In this document: one piece after another, positions 14,105 to 26,249 of the stretch
How positions within the stretch are numbered: the stretch's first letter is position 1
How the letters are laid out: every line of letters starts with the position of its first letter
Source of the DNA: the human T2T-CHM13v2.0 reference genome, Homo sapiens
Direction: 5' to 3' (one strand)
Assembly: GCF_009914755.1 (NCBI RefSeq)
Contig: NC_060926.1
Length of the DNA stretch: 64,000 bases
The notes under the pieces: model-generated
Database searches by the model: none
What the model saw: the letters and a program-made list of their open reading frames with translations, nothing else
Told to the model about the DNA's origin: nothing
Translations under genes and position numbers: made by a program

Positions 14105-14660
14105 CAAAGAGTGATAGAACATAGTAAAAGGGATGGCCCTTTATATTGGGTGTTCAGGGAAAGGCTGTTAGATTTGAACAATCAGAAGGAGCCAACATAT
14201 GACTACAGGGGGAAAAACATTTCTGTCCCAGTGAATAACTACTGCCAAGGCCCTAAGATAAGAAAGAGTCTGAGCATCAAAAGAATGACAGTGTGATCTA
14301 AGAATGATCTAAGAGCACAGTGAGGAAAGACAAAAGGAAGGAGGGAGAGCCAGGTGGCCAGATGGAAGTTGTGTAGGGTAGGTAGGGTATTGTGACTTTA
14401 TTCTATATATGATAGGAAATCATTGAAGGTTGTAAGAGCAGAATAATGACATAATTTTATTTATATATTTAAAAGATCATCCTGTATGTTCCATGGAGAA
14501 GCAGAAATGTGAGTCAGGAGGTTTTGCAGTTTAGGCAAGAGATAATAGTGGCTTGCCACAGGTATTGGTGGTGGAGAAGGCAGAGCTGACTGTTCTGAAG
14601 TCAGTGTTCATAAGACTTACTGATAACATATCAGTAAGTAATTTGGGAAGTGAAAAGCAG
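14105..14660 (-). mobile_element. L2 fragment
   Basis: GGAAATCATTGAAGGTTGTAAG...TTTAAAAGATCATCCTG...AGGCAAGAGATAATAGTGGCTTG. Confidence 0.7.
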
Positions 14661-15052
14661 GAAGAAATGAGTGAAGGATGATCTTAATAGTTACTTGGTT
14701 CTTAATGTCAGTGATAATCTTATTCATCATGTTATTCCTAATACCTGATTCACAGAGGGCACTAGATATAGAATGAAAGAATACCTTTTGTAGCTAATGT
14801 TGGCACTATTAGCAAGCTTCAAAAGTATCTGCATTTATTAACCTCCAGTTGGGGTTTGGTTCCTAATTTCTTCTGTTGATTTGCAGTTAACTCAGTGGTG
14901 GTAGCAAGGTACAAAATACCCCAGGACTACACAGAACAACACAATCAAGGTAGAATTGACACAAATAACTCCTAAGAAAATGTTTCCTACATATAGAGTA
15001 CATAATTTACTAAACATGCTTAAAATAAATAAATTTGGAAAAAAATAAAATA

Positions 15053-17715
15053 AATAGAAAACTTCCTCAACTTGATAAAGAACATTCTTAAAAACTTATT
15101 ACTAACATCATATGTAATAGTGAGAAACTTGACACTTCTCCACTAAGACTAGAAACAAGACAAGGATATCTCCCTTTCACCAACTGTTTCAACATCATAT
15201 GGGAATTACTAGCTAATGCAATAAGACAAGAAAAAAATAGTAGGAATACAGATTCAGAAGGAAGAAATAAAACTATCTTTGCTTGCAGGTGACACAATTG
15301 TGTATGCAGAACATCTGAAAGAATCATAAAAACCTCCTGGAACTAGTAAATGATTATTGCAAGGTCACAAGATACAAGTTTAATATATAAAAGTTAATCT
15401 CTTTCATATAAACCAACAATGAACAAGTAATATTCAAAATAAAAAAAACATAATAACATTTACATTAGCACCCCCCCAAAATGAAACACATAGATGTAAA
15501 TCAAACAAAATATCTAAAAAATAAGTAGTTTTCTTCTATATAAGGAGAACTACAAAACCTTGAGGAATGAAATCTAATAAGTAAATAATGGATAGAACTA
15601 AATAAATGGATATTCCATGTTCATTATTATTGTCAAAATGTCAGTTCTTCCCAACTTGATTTATAGCTTCAATGCAATCCCAATCAAAATCCTGGCAAGT
15701 TATTTTGTGGATGTTGACAAACTGATTCTAAAGTTTATATGGAGAGGCAAAAGACCTGGAATGGCTAACAAAATATTGAAGGAGAAGAACAAAGTTGAAG
15801 GACTGACATCATCTAACGTCAAGCCTTACTATAAAGTTATAACATTCAAGACAGTGTGGTATTAATGAACGAATAGGCAAATAGATTAATGGAAGAGAAG
15901 AACCCAGAAACAGACCTAGATAAATATAATCAACTGATCTTTGATATAGAGCAAAGGTTACATAATAAAGCAAAGATAGTCTTTTCAACAAATGGTGCTA
16001 GAACAACTAGACATCCATATGAAAAATAATTTAGAGACAGACAATTGACAAACATTAACTCAAAATGGATCAAACCCTTAAGTGTAAAATGAAAAACCAT
16101 AAAACTCTTAGAAGACGACACAGGAGAAAAACCTAGATGACCTTGGGTATGGCACTGACTTTTTAGATACAAAACCAAAGGATGATCCATGAGAGAAATA
16201 ATTAATGAGCTCTACATCATTAAAATAAAGAAAAAACTTTTGGACCGGGTGCAGTGGCTCATGCCTGTAATCCCAGCACTTTGGGAGGCCAAGGTGGGTG
16301 AATCGTGAGGTCAGGAAATTGAGACCATCCTGGACAACATGGTGAAACTCCGTCTCTACTAAAATACAAACAAAAAAAAAACACCCCAAAAACAAACAAA
16401 CAAACAAACAAACAAAAAACCAATTAGCCAGGCATGGTGGTGTATACCTATAGTCCCAGCTAGTCGGGAGGCTGAGGCAGGGAAATTGCTTGAACTTGGG
16501 AGGCGGAGGTTGCAGTGAGCCCTTCCTGCCTAGCAACAGAGTGAGACTCTGTCTCAAAAAACAAAAACAAACAAAACAACAACAATACTTCTGTTATCTG
16601 AAAAACTCTGTTAAGAAAATGAGAAGACAAGCCACAGACTAGCAAAAAATACTTGCAAAAGACCTATCTGATAAAAGACTGTGATCCAAAATATACAAAG
16701 AACTCGTAAAACTCAACAATGATAAAACAAAAAAAGGGCCAAAATCTTAACAGACACCTGACCAAAAAGAGATATAGATGGCAATTGAGCACATGAAAGA
16801 TGCTCCACATTATACACCATCAGGGAAATGAAAATTAAAACAACAATAAGATATCATTACACGCCTATTAGAATGACCAAAATCTGGAACACTGACAACA
16901 CCAAATGCTGGCAAGGATGTCAAGCAACAGGAATGCTCATTCATTGCTAGTAGAAACGCACAGTTTCACAGCCATTTTGGAAGAGAGTTTGGCAGTTTCT
17001 AACAAAGCTAAACATACTTTTACCATACAATCCAGCAATCACTCTGCTTGGTATTTACTCCCAAAAGTTGAAAACTTACGTTCACACAAAAACCTGCAGA
17101 GAGATGCTTATAGCGGCTTTATTTATAATTGCCAAAACTTGGAACCAACCAAGGTATTCTTCAGTAAGTAAACGGGTAAATAAATGGTGGTACACCCAGA
17201 TAATGGAATATTAATCATTATTTTAAAAAATGAGCCACTGAACCATAAAAAGACATGAAGGAATCTTAAATGCATATTACTAAGTGAAAGAAGCCAATAT
17301 AAAAAGGCAATAATATGGTATAATTCCAACCATATGACATTCTAGAAGAAGCAAAACTACAGAGACAGTACAAAGTTCACTGGTTGCTAGGGGTTTTATG
17401 GATAGGATGAATAGGCAGAACATAGAGGATTTTTAGGTCTGTGAAAATACTCTGTATGACACTATAATAATAGATCCATGCCATGATATATTTGTCCAAA
17501 TCCACAGAATGTACGACATTCATGTAACCTCTGGCCTTTGGTTGATTATGATGTGTCAATGCAGGCTCACCAATTGTAACAAATGCACTACTCTAGTGGA
17601 GGGTGTTGATAATGAGGGAAGCTATCCATGTGTGGGGGCAGGGAGCATAAAGAAAACCTCTACCTTCCTCTTAATTTTGCTGTGAGCCTAAAACTGCCCT
17701 AAAAATTGTCTTTTG
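15053..17715 (+). mobile_element. L1MC (L1MC1/2-like), 5'-truncated, decayed ORF2 and 3' UTR
   Basis: ORF2-like peptide IVKMSVLPNLIYSFNAIPIKI...KTVWY; 3' UTR GATGTGTCAATGCAGGCTCACCAATTGTAACAAATGCACTACTCT. Confidence 0.9.
16242..16585 (+). mobile_element. Alu (AluSc-like) inside L1, with (AAAC)n-expanded linker
   Basis: Alu arms; linker 16365-16420 expanded; short deletion in right arm. Confidence 0.92.
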
Positions 17716-17950
17716 AGAAATTAAAAGACATTTAGAAATCATGGAAAAAATAGAAAAAGGTAAGGCAATTGCTCATCATAGCAGATAAAAAATCCAAAGG
17801 TTCTGAATTCTGTCCCAAAATACCCTCAATAGGGTGTCCACCTTTACCTCGTTAACTTATTTGAATGGTACATTTGTATCTCTTGAAGAACTCTTAGAAG
17901 AACTGGCTGTGGTGATGTTTTCTGCCTTCTGTCAACCTTTCAAAATCACA

Positions 17951-17968
17951 TGCCCATCAGATGGCATT
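17951..17968 (+). promoter_or_regulatory. CTCF-like motif
   Basis: TGCCCATCAGATGGCATT compared with core CCASYAGRKGGCRS; motif match only. Confidence 0.3.
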
Positions 17969-18459
17969 CTCAAATTTCCTGCCCTGTACCCCAAGAGAAC
18001 TGTCCTCAGGAACAATACAGAAACTGCCTTACTAAGTATAGTCAATAAACCACTGCTTCAGAATCACACCGGGGATTCTCTGTTTCCCTTCACAAGCAGA
18101 GTCTCTCAGGAAGCAGTAATGAAGCATAGTACGGGGGTGCTCCTCCTTAATGCCTATGAAGACTCATAATTGGAACCCAAACTTGCTCTTCAATGTGTTG
18201 ATGACTCTGCAGACAAACCTGGGCTTCTCTGGTGTGCTTTCTTATTGTGGAAACCAACAGGTCAAAATATTAATATGTGCAGGCAGAAATAGGTGTAGAA
18301 TATAAGCAAGAGGCCTCTTTCTTTCTCTATTGGTATGTTTGAAGCAATATGACTAATAGACAAATCCAGTCTGTTTTAGAGGTTTAGTTTGGGAAAGTCC
18401 TTGTAAGGCATTAAAGGAGTAGTTTTAATTCACAGATAATACGACACTCAGATACAATG

Positions 18460-19029
18460 CCAGAATATCCAAAATAATTTATTGCATTCTACACCCATGG
18501 ATTCCTGAAGATTAGAGTATATTTAAACTACACCGGTAAGAGTTGTTGGGAAAAATACAAGTATCTCAGAGATCACATGGTCACAACCTACCTATAAGGA
18601 CCTCAAGCCATGTAAAAACATCACAGCTGAGGGAACTACTTCAAGGAAACAAAGACAGAACATGGTCATCCTAAACCCCAGAGGCAAACTTACAGCCATT
18701 AAATAGACTCCTTTGGCCAGTCATGCTCATTCATTCTCATTTAAAATAATTATTTGATGATACAGTCAAACAAGAAAGTATTCTGCTTTTTGTAAGGCAA
18801 AAGGTGAGAGTGAATTTCTAGAAGTTAATAAACTGGTTGGTAGTTTTCTTCCACTTTGCTCATAACATCATGGAAAAATCACTGAAGTGTGAGAAACAGG
18901 ATTCTGTCACACCAGTGCCTCACATCCAATGCTGCGAGAGAATGAAATATTGACAATTTAGGTGTAGTTCTCATAATTTCACCCAACTCAAAGGAATGAC
19001 TGAAACACTCCTTGATAACAAGAAAACAC
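18460..19029 (-). other. Candidate exon (possibly terminal) containing a 31-codon ORF
   Basis: acceptor TTTTCTCTCCCTTCCTCAG|G at 19029; ATG at 18974, TGA at 18879-18881; minus-strand AATAAA at 18478-18483. Confidence 0.25.
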
Positions 19030-19492
19030 CTGAGGAAGGGAGAGAAAATAATCATTCTCTCCAACCTTCTTTGCACCTTTCGATTTCATATAGCTAAGGA
19101 TACACATTTCTCACAGTGATTGAAGAGGGTGGCAACATCTGTCAAATCTGTAGAGTCAAGACATGAAATTCAATTTTAAATTCTCAGTAGAGGAGAAAAA
19201 TGAGAGAAAGGTAACTTGTAATTTCTTCCAATTAGATATACAGGAATAACTTATTGAAATGAGTGTTTTATAAAAAACCTTCTTTTACTTTTTAAAAACT
19301 GAATTTCTACATTTTAATAACATTGTCATGTGTAATTATAGGGGTGTTGAAATTTTGTTTCCTCTTTTCTGAGCCCTAAGTTTGCCTTCTGAGAGAAAAT
19401 CTTGAAAATGTAGTCATATTTTAAAAAGTGGTAAAGCCTACTACTGTTCATATGATTTTCAACCATCAGTAGACCTTAAACATAGGAAAAGA

Positions 19493-19916
<424 letters not shown>

Positions 19917-19949
19917 TCATGACTCTGTCAAAATGACAGGGTGATTTCC

Positions 19950-20400
19950 AGAAATTCATTAATCCTTTCAATGAATATTTACTGAGCATCCACAGTGAGC
20001 AGTGATCTGCACAGGAAGCTAGGAGTGGGATGGGGTGAGTATGATGTACAATGATAAATGAGACACAGAAAATGCCTTTGAGGACCTTATGGTGTAGAAG
20101 GGGAGAACACATACTTTCTCCTACCTTGTATTAAAATTATTTGTGTGTGAGAGTCATGAGAAGTAAAAATAAGGTATTATGAAAGTTCACAGAGGTAAAA
20201 AATTAATTCTTACAGGGAGGAATTGCAGAAGTAGAAATAACTGTCTTTGCCTGGAAGGATGAAAAATCTCAGGACATGTAGAGAAGATAGAAGAACATTT
20301 TCTTTGAAAGGGATGGGATAAGCAAGGACATTAAAAAGATAGCATGGTGTACCCACAAATCATTCAGTTTACCTGAATCAAGAGGAGGACAGGAATGGAA
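19950..20400 (-). mobile_element. L2 fragments
   Basis: TTCATTAATCCTTTCAATGAATATTTACTGAGCATC, antisense L2 tail. Confidence 0.55.
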
Positions 20401-20423
20401 AGGAAGATTGGGGATTTACATAG

Positions 20424-20860
20424 TATGGTAGGCTAAATCCATCTACTTTCTAATCTCTGGAATTTTTAAATAAGTTAACTGACATGGCAAAGTCTTTGTA
20501 GGTATAATTAAGACTCTTGAGTTGGAGATATTATCCTGGATTGTCTGGTGGGCCCAGTGTAATGACAAGGGTCCTTTCAAGTGAAAGAATAAGGCAAAAG
20601 AATCAGAGTCAGAGAGAGAGCTATACTAATGGAAGCAGGGATCAGAGTGATGCAAGGAAGGGGCCATAAACTGAGGAATGCAGGTGGCTTCTAGAAAATG
20701 AAAAAGACAAGGTAACATATTCTCCCCTAAAGCCTCCAGAAGGAATGCAGCTGCCCTGCCCATCCATGCTAGACTTCCAACCCCTAGAACTGTAAGCAAA
20801 TTTATTTGTGCTGTTTTAAGCCACTATATTTTTGGTAAATTGTTACAGCAACAGGACACA
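20424..20860 (+). mobile_element. MLT1D-like MaLR solo LTR
   Basis: TTATCCTGGATT...GGGCCCAGTGTAAT...AGCCTCCAGAAGGAATGCAG...TTTTAAGCCACTA. Confidence 0.85.
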
Positions 20861-21918
20861 GATATAGAGTGGAATGTTTTGAATATACTACATCTTAGTC
20901 CAAATAATTATTTATCCATTCTCTCTTGGTGTACCTCAACTTTTACTTATTATTTCATTACAACATTTATGTTGTATTTTTTATTTTTATAAAATATATT
21001 TGCCTGTCTGCTTCGTTTGAGTTATAAAGAAGGTGAAAGTACTACTAACAGAATACAGAAAACCCACAAAGAGAAAAAGATTTAAAAGCAAGATGCTGAA
21101 ATCTTTTTCGAACACAGTACGTTTGAAATACCAATGGGTCAACACGGTGGGTGGACAGTTGGAGATGGAAATTCATGCCTCCTGCTTGAAGATAAGAGCG
21201 CATATCTCTTGGAAGCAATTACAAAAATTTATTATAGCTCACAAAAGAGAATCATTGAAGTGTGACTATTGACCATTGGGAAAATTTAAATAGTATGTAT
21301 TCATGAGAAGGGAATTATTTAATCAGGGTATTTTGACATAGGTTGCTGGAAGAAGTGATTTTATATTAAGTATTATTAGCTAAAATATTATCATTTTAAC
21401 TACCTGTGATTACCTATAAGCAAGGCATAAGGCAATCTACTGGAGATGAATTCATGAATGGAGAAAAAGACCTTTTAAAGAAAAGTATGTCATCTACAAG
21501 TTTCTTGGTTTTTGAAATATCTCTAGCAGGACATTAATCCCTCAACTTCTCAAATATTTTCTGAGTATCTACTAGTGCAAGGTAAGGTCCTTTATTCATT
21601 TTTATCCTAACATAGCCTTTGGCTTTGAGAAGCTTATTGTCTCCTTGCCATGTAAAGTTGTGTACTTCCTCAAAATATTAGAAATTTAGAATTTTCCTAA
21701 ATTATGATTTTCCCCAAGGGTATATAAGTTTTAAGTCTCAAAAGCATACATGGCCTATCTTACAGCCTGTTCCTAGAGTTCATCTCTCTAAGATGAGTCT
21801 GAGGTCACTCTCTGCCTGGGAATCTGAGGAAGCTGGGCCGCCGGGGTGCAAGGGAGACTTCACAAAGGGAAAGGAGGCAAGGAAGGCTTAAAGTGAGGGC
21901 AATAAAAATAACCTTTAC

Positions 21919-21975
21919 CTGTTTCAAGTCTTGGGTTGGCCCAGACTACCACCACTTCAGGGATTTTTATAAAAT
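21919..21975 (-). promoter_or_regulatory. Candidate TATA box and short first exon
   Basis: TATAAAA on minus strand (21965-21971), then CAG|GTAAAG donor at 21919/21918; GC-rich patch at 21834-21850; AGGTCA/TGACCT half-sites nearby. Confidence 0.2.
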
Positions 21976-22991
21976 GCGGGTGCATTGCTTTTGCTAAAAG
22001 AGAGCCAGGTCAGCAGAGTGGGATGACCTTTCCCAACAGAAATGCCATGATGTTTAGCCATCAAGCAGAAATTTCAGGTACAATAAGATACTGTAGTCTG
22101 CATGCTTTTATCCCAAAGTGAAAACCATAGAGGTCAAAAATATGAGTTAAGGGAGGAAAGAATTAAAACTTTTACCTGCTCTAAACTCTGAAAAGATGAT
22201 GGTGTGTTCATCCCTGAACCTTGTCTCAACACAATTTCAGAGAACTATAAATGATGCCTCCTAACAGACTACTATATGACCCGTGACTCCTGAAGTAGTA
22301 CAATGAGAAGGATAACCTTCACCACTTGCAAATCTTAATGCCCATGTATATACACATGTATATATTTTTAATTGTAAAATGTGTGTAATGAATTCCCTTC
22401 AAGATAGGGAGGATATAATTTCCCATAATATGTACTTGGTTGCTTTTTATATTTTTTTAGAAACGTCAAACTTTTTTCAAAACTTTTTTTGGAAATACCC
22501 AGTATTTTTTTGCTACCCAAAACACATGTGAATTGGAGCATACTTCTTTATGTAACAATTAAAATGTAAAATGAACCAATTTTTGCTGAAAAACCAATCT
22601 GAAATGCAGTATTCACTTCCCTGCCTTCTTAATCAAAGGATGATGGACATAATTTAACCTTTTTTAAAAAAATAATGTCATGGCTTTCATTATTATGAAT
22701 GATAATTATTCTACGTCGCTGCGATACACAGAGACCCTTAGGGATTGCTGTGGTGTATGGAGCTTCTTGCCTACACGAAGTAGTGTAGGTGCTTTTTGTT
22801 TTTTCATTTTGAGCCAGCTGTTCATAAATTTTTCTCTGTCCTTTCTCACTGGCATGCTGTATGTGGGTTGCCTTTTTTACTACTGTCGTTGTAGTCAGTC
22901 TTCCTGCTTCCATCAACTCCTAGCCAAACAAAGCAAGACATTCCCAATGTGCCAAAGCTCAGGCAAATTACCTTGTACTAGCATTTTAGGC

Positions 22992-23152
22992 CAATGCTTC
23001 TCGTACTTTAGTGTACTACAATTAATCTGGGGATCTTAAAATTCAGATTCTGCTTTGGTAGCTCTGGAATGGGAACTAAAAATTTGTGTTTCTATCAGCA
23101 ACCAGGTGATGCCTTTGCTGCTGGTCTTTGCAACACACCTTGAATAGAAAGA
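22992..23152. mobile_element. MER5A-like DNA transposon
   Basis: CTGGGGATCTTAAAATTCAGATTCTG...CCAGGTGATGCCTTTGCTGCTGGTC...CACCTTGAATAG. Confidence 0.75.
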
Positions 23153-25084
23153 TATTAGCTATCATGACTTTTTAGAATTGTGTCCAGATTAAAAGAAAAT
23201 TTGTTTTGAGGGAGTGATTGGCTACTCTCCTATAAATACGATCTAAAAATTTAGAATATGAATTTTAAATATGCTATCTCCAAAATGACTTTCCTTATCT
23301 TTATATCCCTGACACCACCACATAAACATATTTCCCTTCTCTATACTAATATAGCATTTAATTTCTTCCTCTCTTATGGAATTTATATATTTATAACTTA
23401 TTATTTAGATATAAGTCAAGTACTGAACATGAAGAGGAACCAAGTCTTACATATCTGTATTTTTTGAAACTACACCTTGCTCAAAAATGGTTGTTGAATA
23501 ACTGTAGCAATTGAAAGCTATAAGGTTCTTTCCGTATAATTTCATATTCTTTGTTGCATCAATTTTTCAAATAAGTAATCAGGAAGTGAGACAATAGTAT
23601 AATAAATCAGTATAAATTTCAAATTAACTGTTAAGAAAGTAAAACATGTTTTCAGAGTTCCTGCCTCTTTGTGGTATACTTATTTCTTCAATTTGTCTCC
23701 TCCCACCACACCTCATAGAACACACAAATAGATATAAAAGCACATACAATCTAAACATATATCATCTGCATATTCTTTAATTTCTAAAACCTTATTTCAA
23801 GAAAGGGCCTGGAATTAACTTACACTAAAATGTAATGACTAACTGCAGCATAAAGTATATTTCCTACCTTCACCCCAAGAAGGGCTTAAACGTTTTAATA
23901 GAAATCAAAGCCTACATAGTGGAATGAAGCTGTGGAAGAAGATTTTTTGGTTTTTAATCATAAAACAAAAGGTATATTAAATAGAACCTCTCCTAATACT
24001 CTCACATTGGGTGATGTTTGCACTGAACTTCCCCTAACTGAGAATTGCTAATCCACAGCTTTCCTGCACCTGGGCTGTAAAGTTGCTACATAGTGATAAA
24101 CTGCTTGTATCCTGATATGATGAACTAATATGCACAGAAAATCCTCACTAAAAGTGCAAGCTATAGAAACAGTCAAGGCTAAAGCAGGGCAAACACAAAA
24201 GTCAATTTGGCAGCTCATTTGAATCTACATTGTGCTTCTTTCCAATGGCAGACAGAATTTATCATCTACTGGGAAAGAATAAAACAAAGCCCCAATTTCC
24301 ATTAAACATTTGTGTAATAAAAAGAAATGGAAATTATATAACTAGAGATAATTCAAATATGTAAATAAAATTGTCAGTGGAAGCAGACATCATCATAGCT
24401 TTTGAGTTAATATTATGTGATATCCATTTTACTAATTTCATCCAGCACACAAATTTGCTACTTATCTCACACCTCTAATTAAATCAGTGGCCACCTACAT
24501 GAAATTCAGAATGCACTCAATAACAGGTGCTTAGAAGGAAAAAGTGAGGCATAAAATAAGAAAGTCAACATAATTTACACAGATTTATATAAAGTTGCTC
24601 TGCATCAACATATTCCTAAACAATAGAGATTAATAAGAATATGACTCTAGATAATAGTCCCAGAGTCTAGAGTCATTTCTCTTGTTAACAGGATATCAAT
24701 GTGGTGAAAAGTGCACAAAGGGTATCTGGATCTGCCTTTCCTGACTCTGTAGATTGTTCGCTGTGAAAATGGCTAGGATCAGCTGAGAAATCTGAGCATA
24801 AAACTGGTGAGCAAGGCAGGCTGGAGGTACAGATGAGTTCTGGCTGGGATGCGGTGCAGACAGCTATAAAATGAAGTTCTTACAGTATTTGCTTTCTTGG
24901 TCATCCAGGGGTTGTTCAATTGTGAAAGTCAGACAACACGGCCTTAATTTCAGATAAGATAAAAGTCATAAAATTGTTATTTTCTTCCCACAACAAAACA
25001 AACCCAACAAGTCAGCATATTTTGCTCAAAAGGAAAGAGAGAATAGGTACTAGCTTGGCAGTGCCTTACAAATCTCAGACCATT

Positions 25085-25290
25085 GTAGTCAGTGGCTTTA
25101 GCATCAAAGGGACCTGGGTTTGAAGTCACAGCCCAAGAAAGCATGGCTGAGCTATTTAACATCTCTAATTTCAGATTTCAGTGTCCTTATCACAAACTGT
25201 GGATGGTAATCTTTACCTCACAGAGAGGTTATAGGATAAATAAAATAACATTTATGGATTGCTTAGCAAAATGACTGCTCAATAAATAGT
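25085..25290 (+). mobile_element. MIR SINE
   Basis: GACCTGGGTTTGAA...TATTTAACATCTCT...TACCTCACAGAGAGGTTATAGGAT. Confidence 0.65.
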
Positions 25291-25479
25291 ATTTATAACT
25301 GCTTACATCGAAGACAATCATACTGAAGTACAAATTTTATGATCCCTTCCAGTTTATCTGAAAATTAAGGAGATGAAGTGAATGCATACTAAAATTCTTT
25401 AATCACCAGGGGCTTAAATATTAAAGTATGTAAAGCACTTAGGGGGTATATAAAAGAGTAAGCTATTATCACAGTGAGC

Positions 25480-25700
25480 CACAGAATGTGTTAAGAAGAT
25501 AGACTCTGGGGCCAAATTATCGCATTCACATACCTATTCTGCTGCTGCCCAGCTGCGTGCTTTGGATGAGTAACTTAAATGCTCTCTGCCTCAGTTTTCT
25601 CATATGTAAAATGAGAATAATAACATTTAATTTTTAAATAAGGTAAAAACGAAATGGGTTAATAAACATAAATAAGAGATTGGCACATACCAACTTCTAC
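25480..25700 (+). mobile_element. MIR SINE
   Basis: CTCTCTGCCTCAGTTTTCTCATATGTAAAATGAGAATAATAA core. Confidence 0.7.
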
Positions 25701-25736
25701 GTATTTACATATATATGTTTTAGAGCACACACATAC

Positions 25737-26249
25737 TGTTGTAAACAGACCTTAGACTGATAAGTAATTTCTGCCTCCTATATCTACATCTTATTGGAAT
25801 TTTCTCCCTTTAAGCGTGGACATGACCTGTGACAGGCTTCTGGCCAGTATAAAATGGCAAATGTTAGGCTATGTTATAAAGACTCCATCTTAGGAGAAAG
25901 GAGTGACAGACTCTCCTGCTGGCCTTCAAGAAGCAAGCTTCTTGATGCAAGCTGCTAATGGAGAGGGTCCTATGGCGGGCAGCCTCTAAGAGTCGAGGGC
26001 CTCAGTTCTCCAACCAGAAAGAATTAAGTTTTATCAACAACCATGCAAGCTTGCAAGAGGGCCCTGAGCTCTAGAAAGGAATGCAGCCCTGCCAATTCTG
26101 TGATTGTAGTCTAGTGAGAGCCAAGCAGAGGACTTAGTTAACCTGTGCCCCGACTTCAGTCAGACCACATGAACTGTGAGATAACAAATGTGTTGTCTAG
26201 AGCTTGTAAGTTTGTTGTCATTCATTACACAGCATAGAAAACTAATACA
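25737..26249 (+). mobile_element. MLT1E-like MaLR solo LTR
   Basis: TG...AAACTAATACA termini with 5-bp TSD CATAC (25732-25736 and 26250-26254). Confidence 0.85.

Noticed and set aside
15617-15865. L1 ORF2-like ORFs (also 31579-31926, 56988-57563, 58055-58297)
   Set aside because: Fragments of truncated L1 copies with stops and frameshifts; not functional genes.
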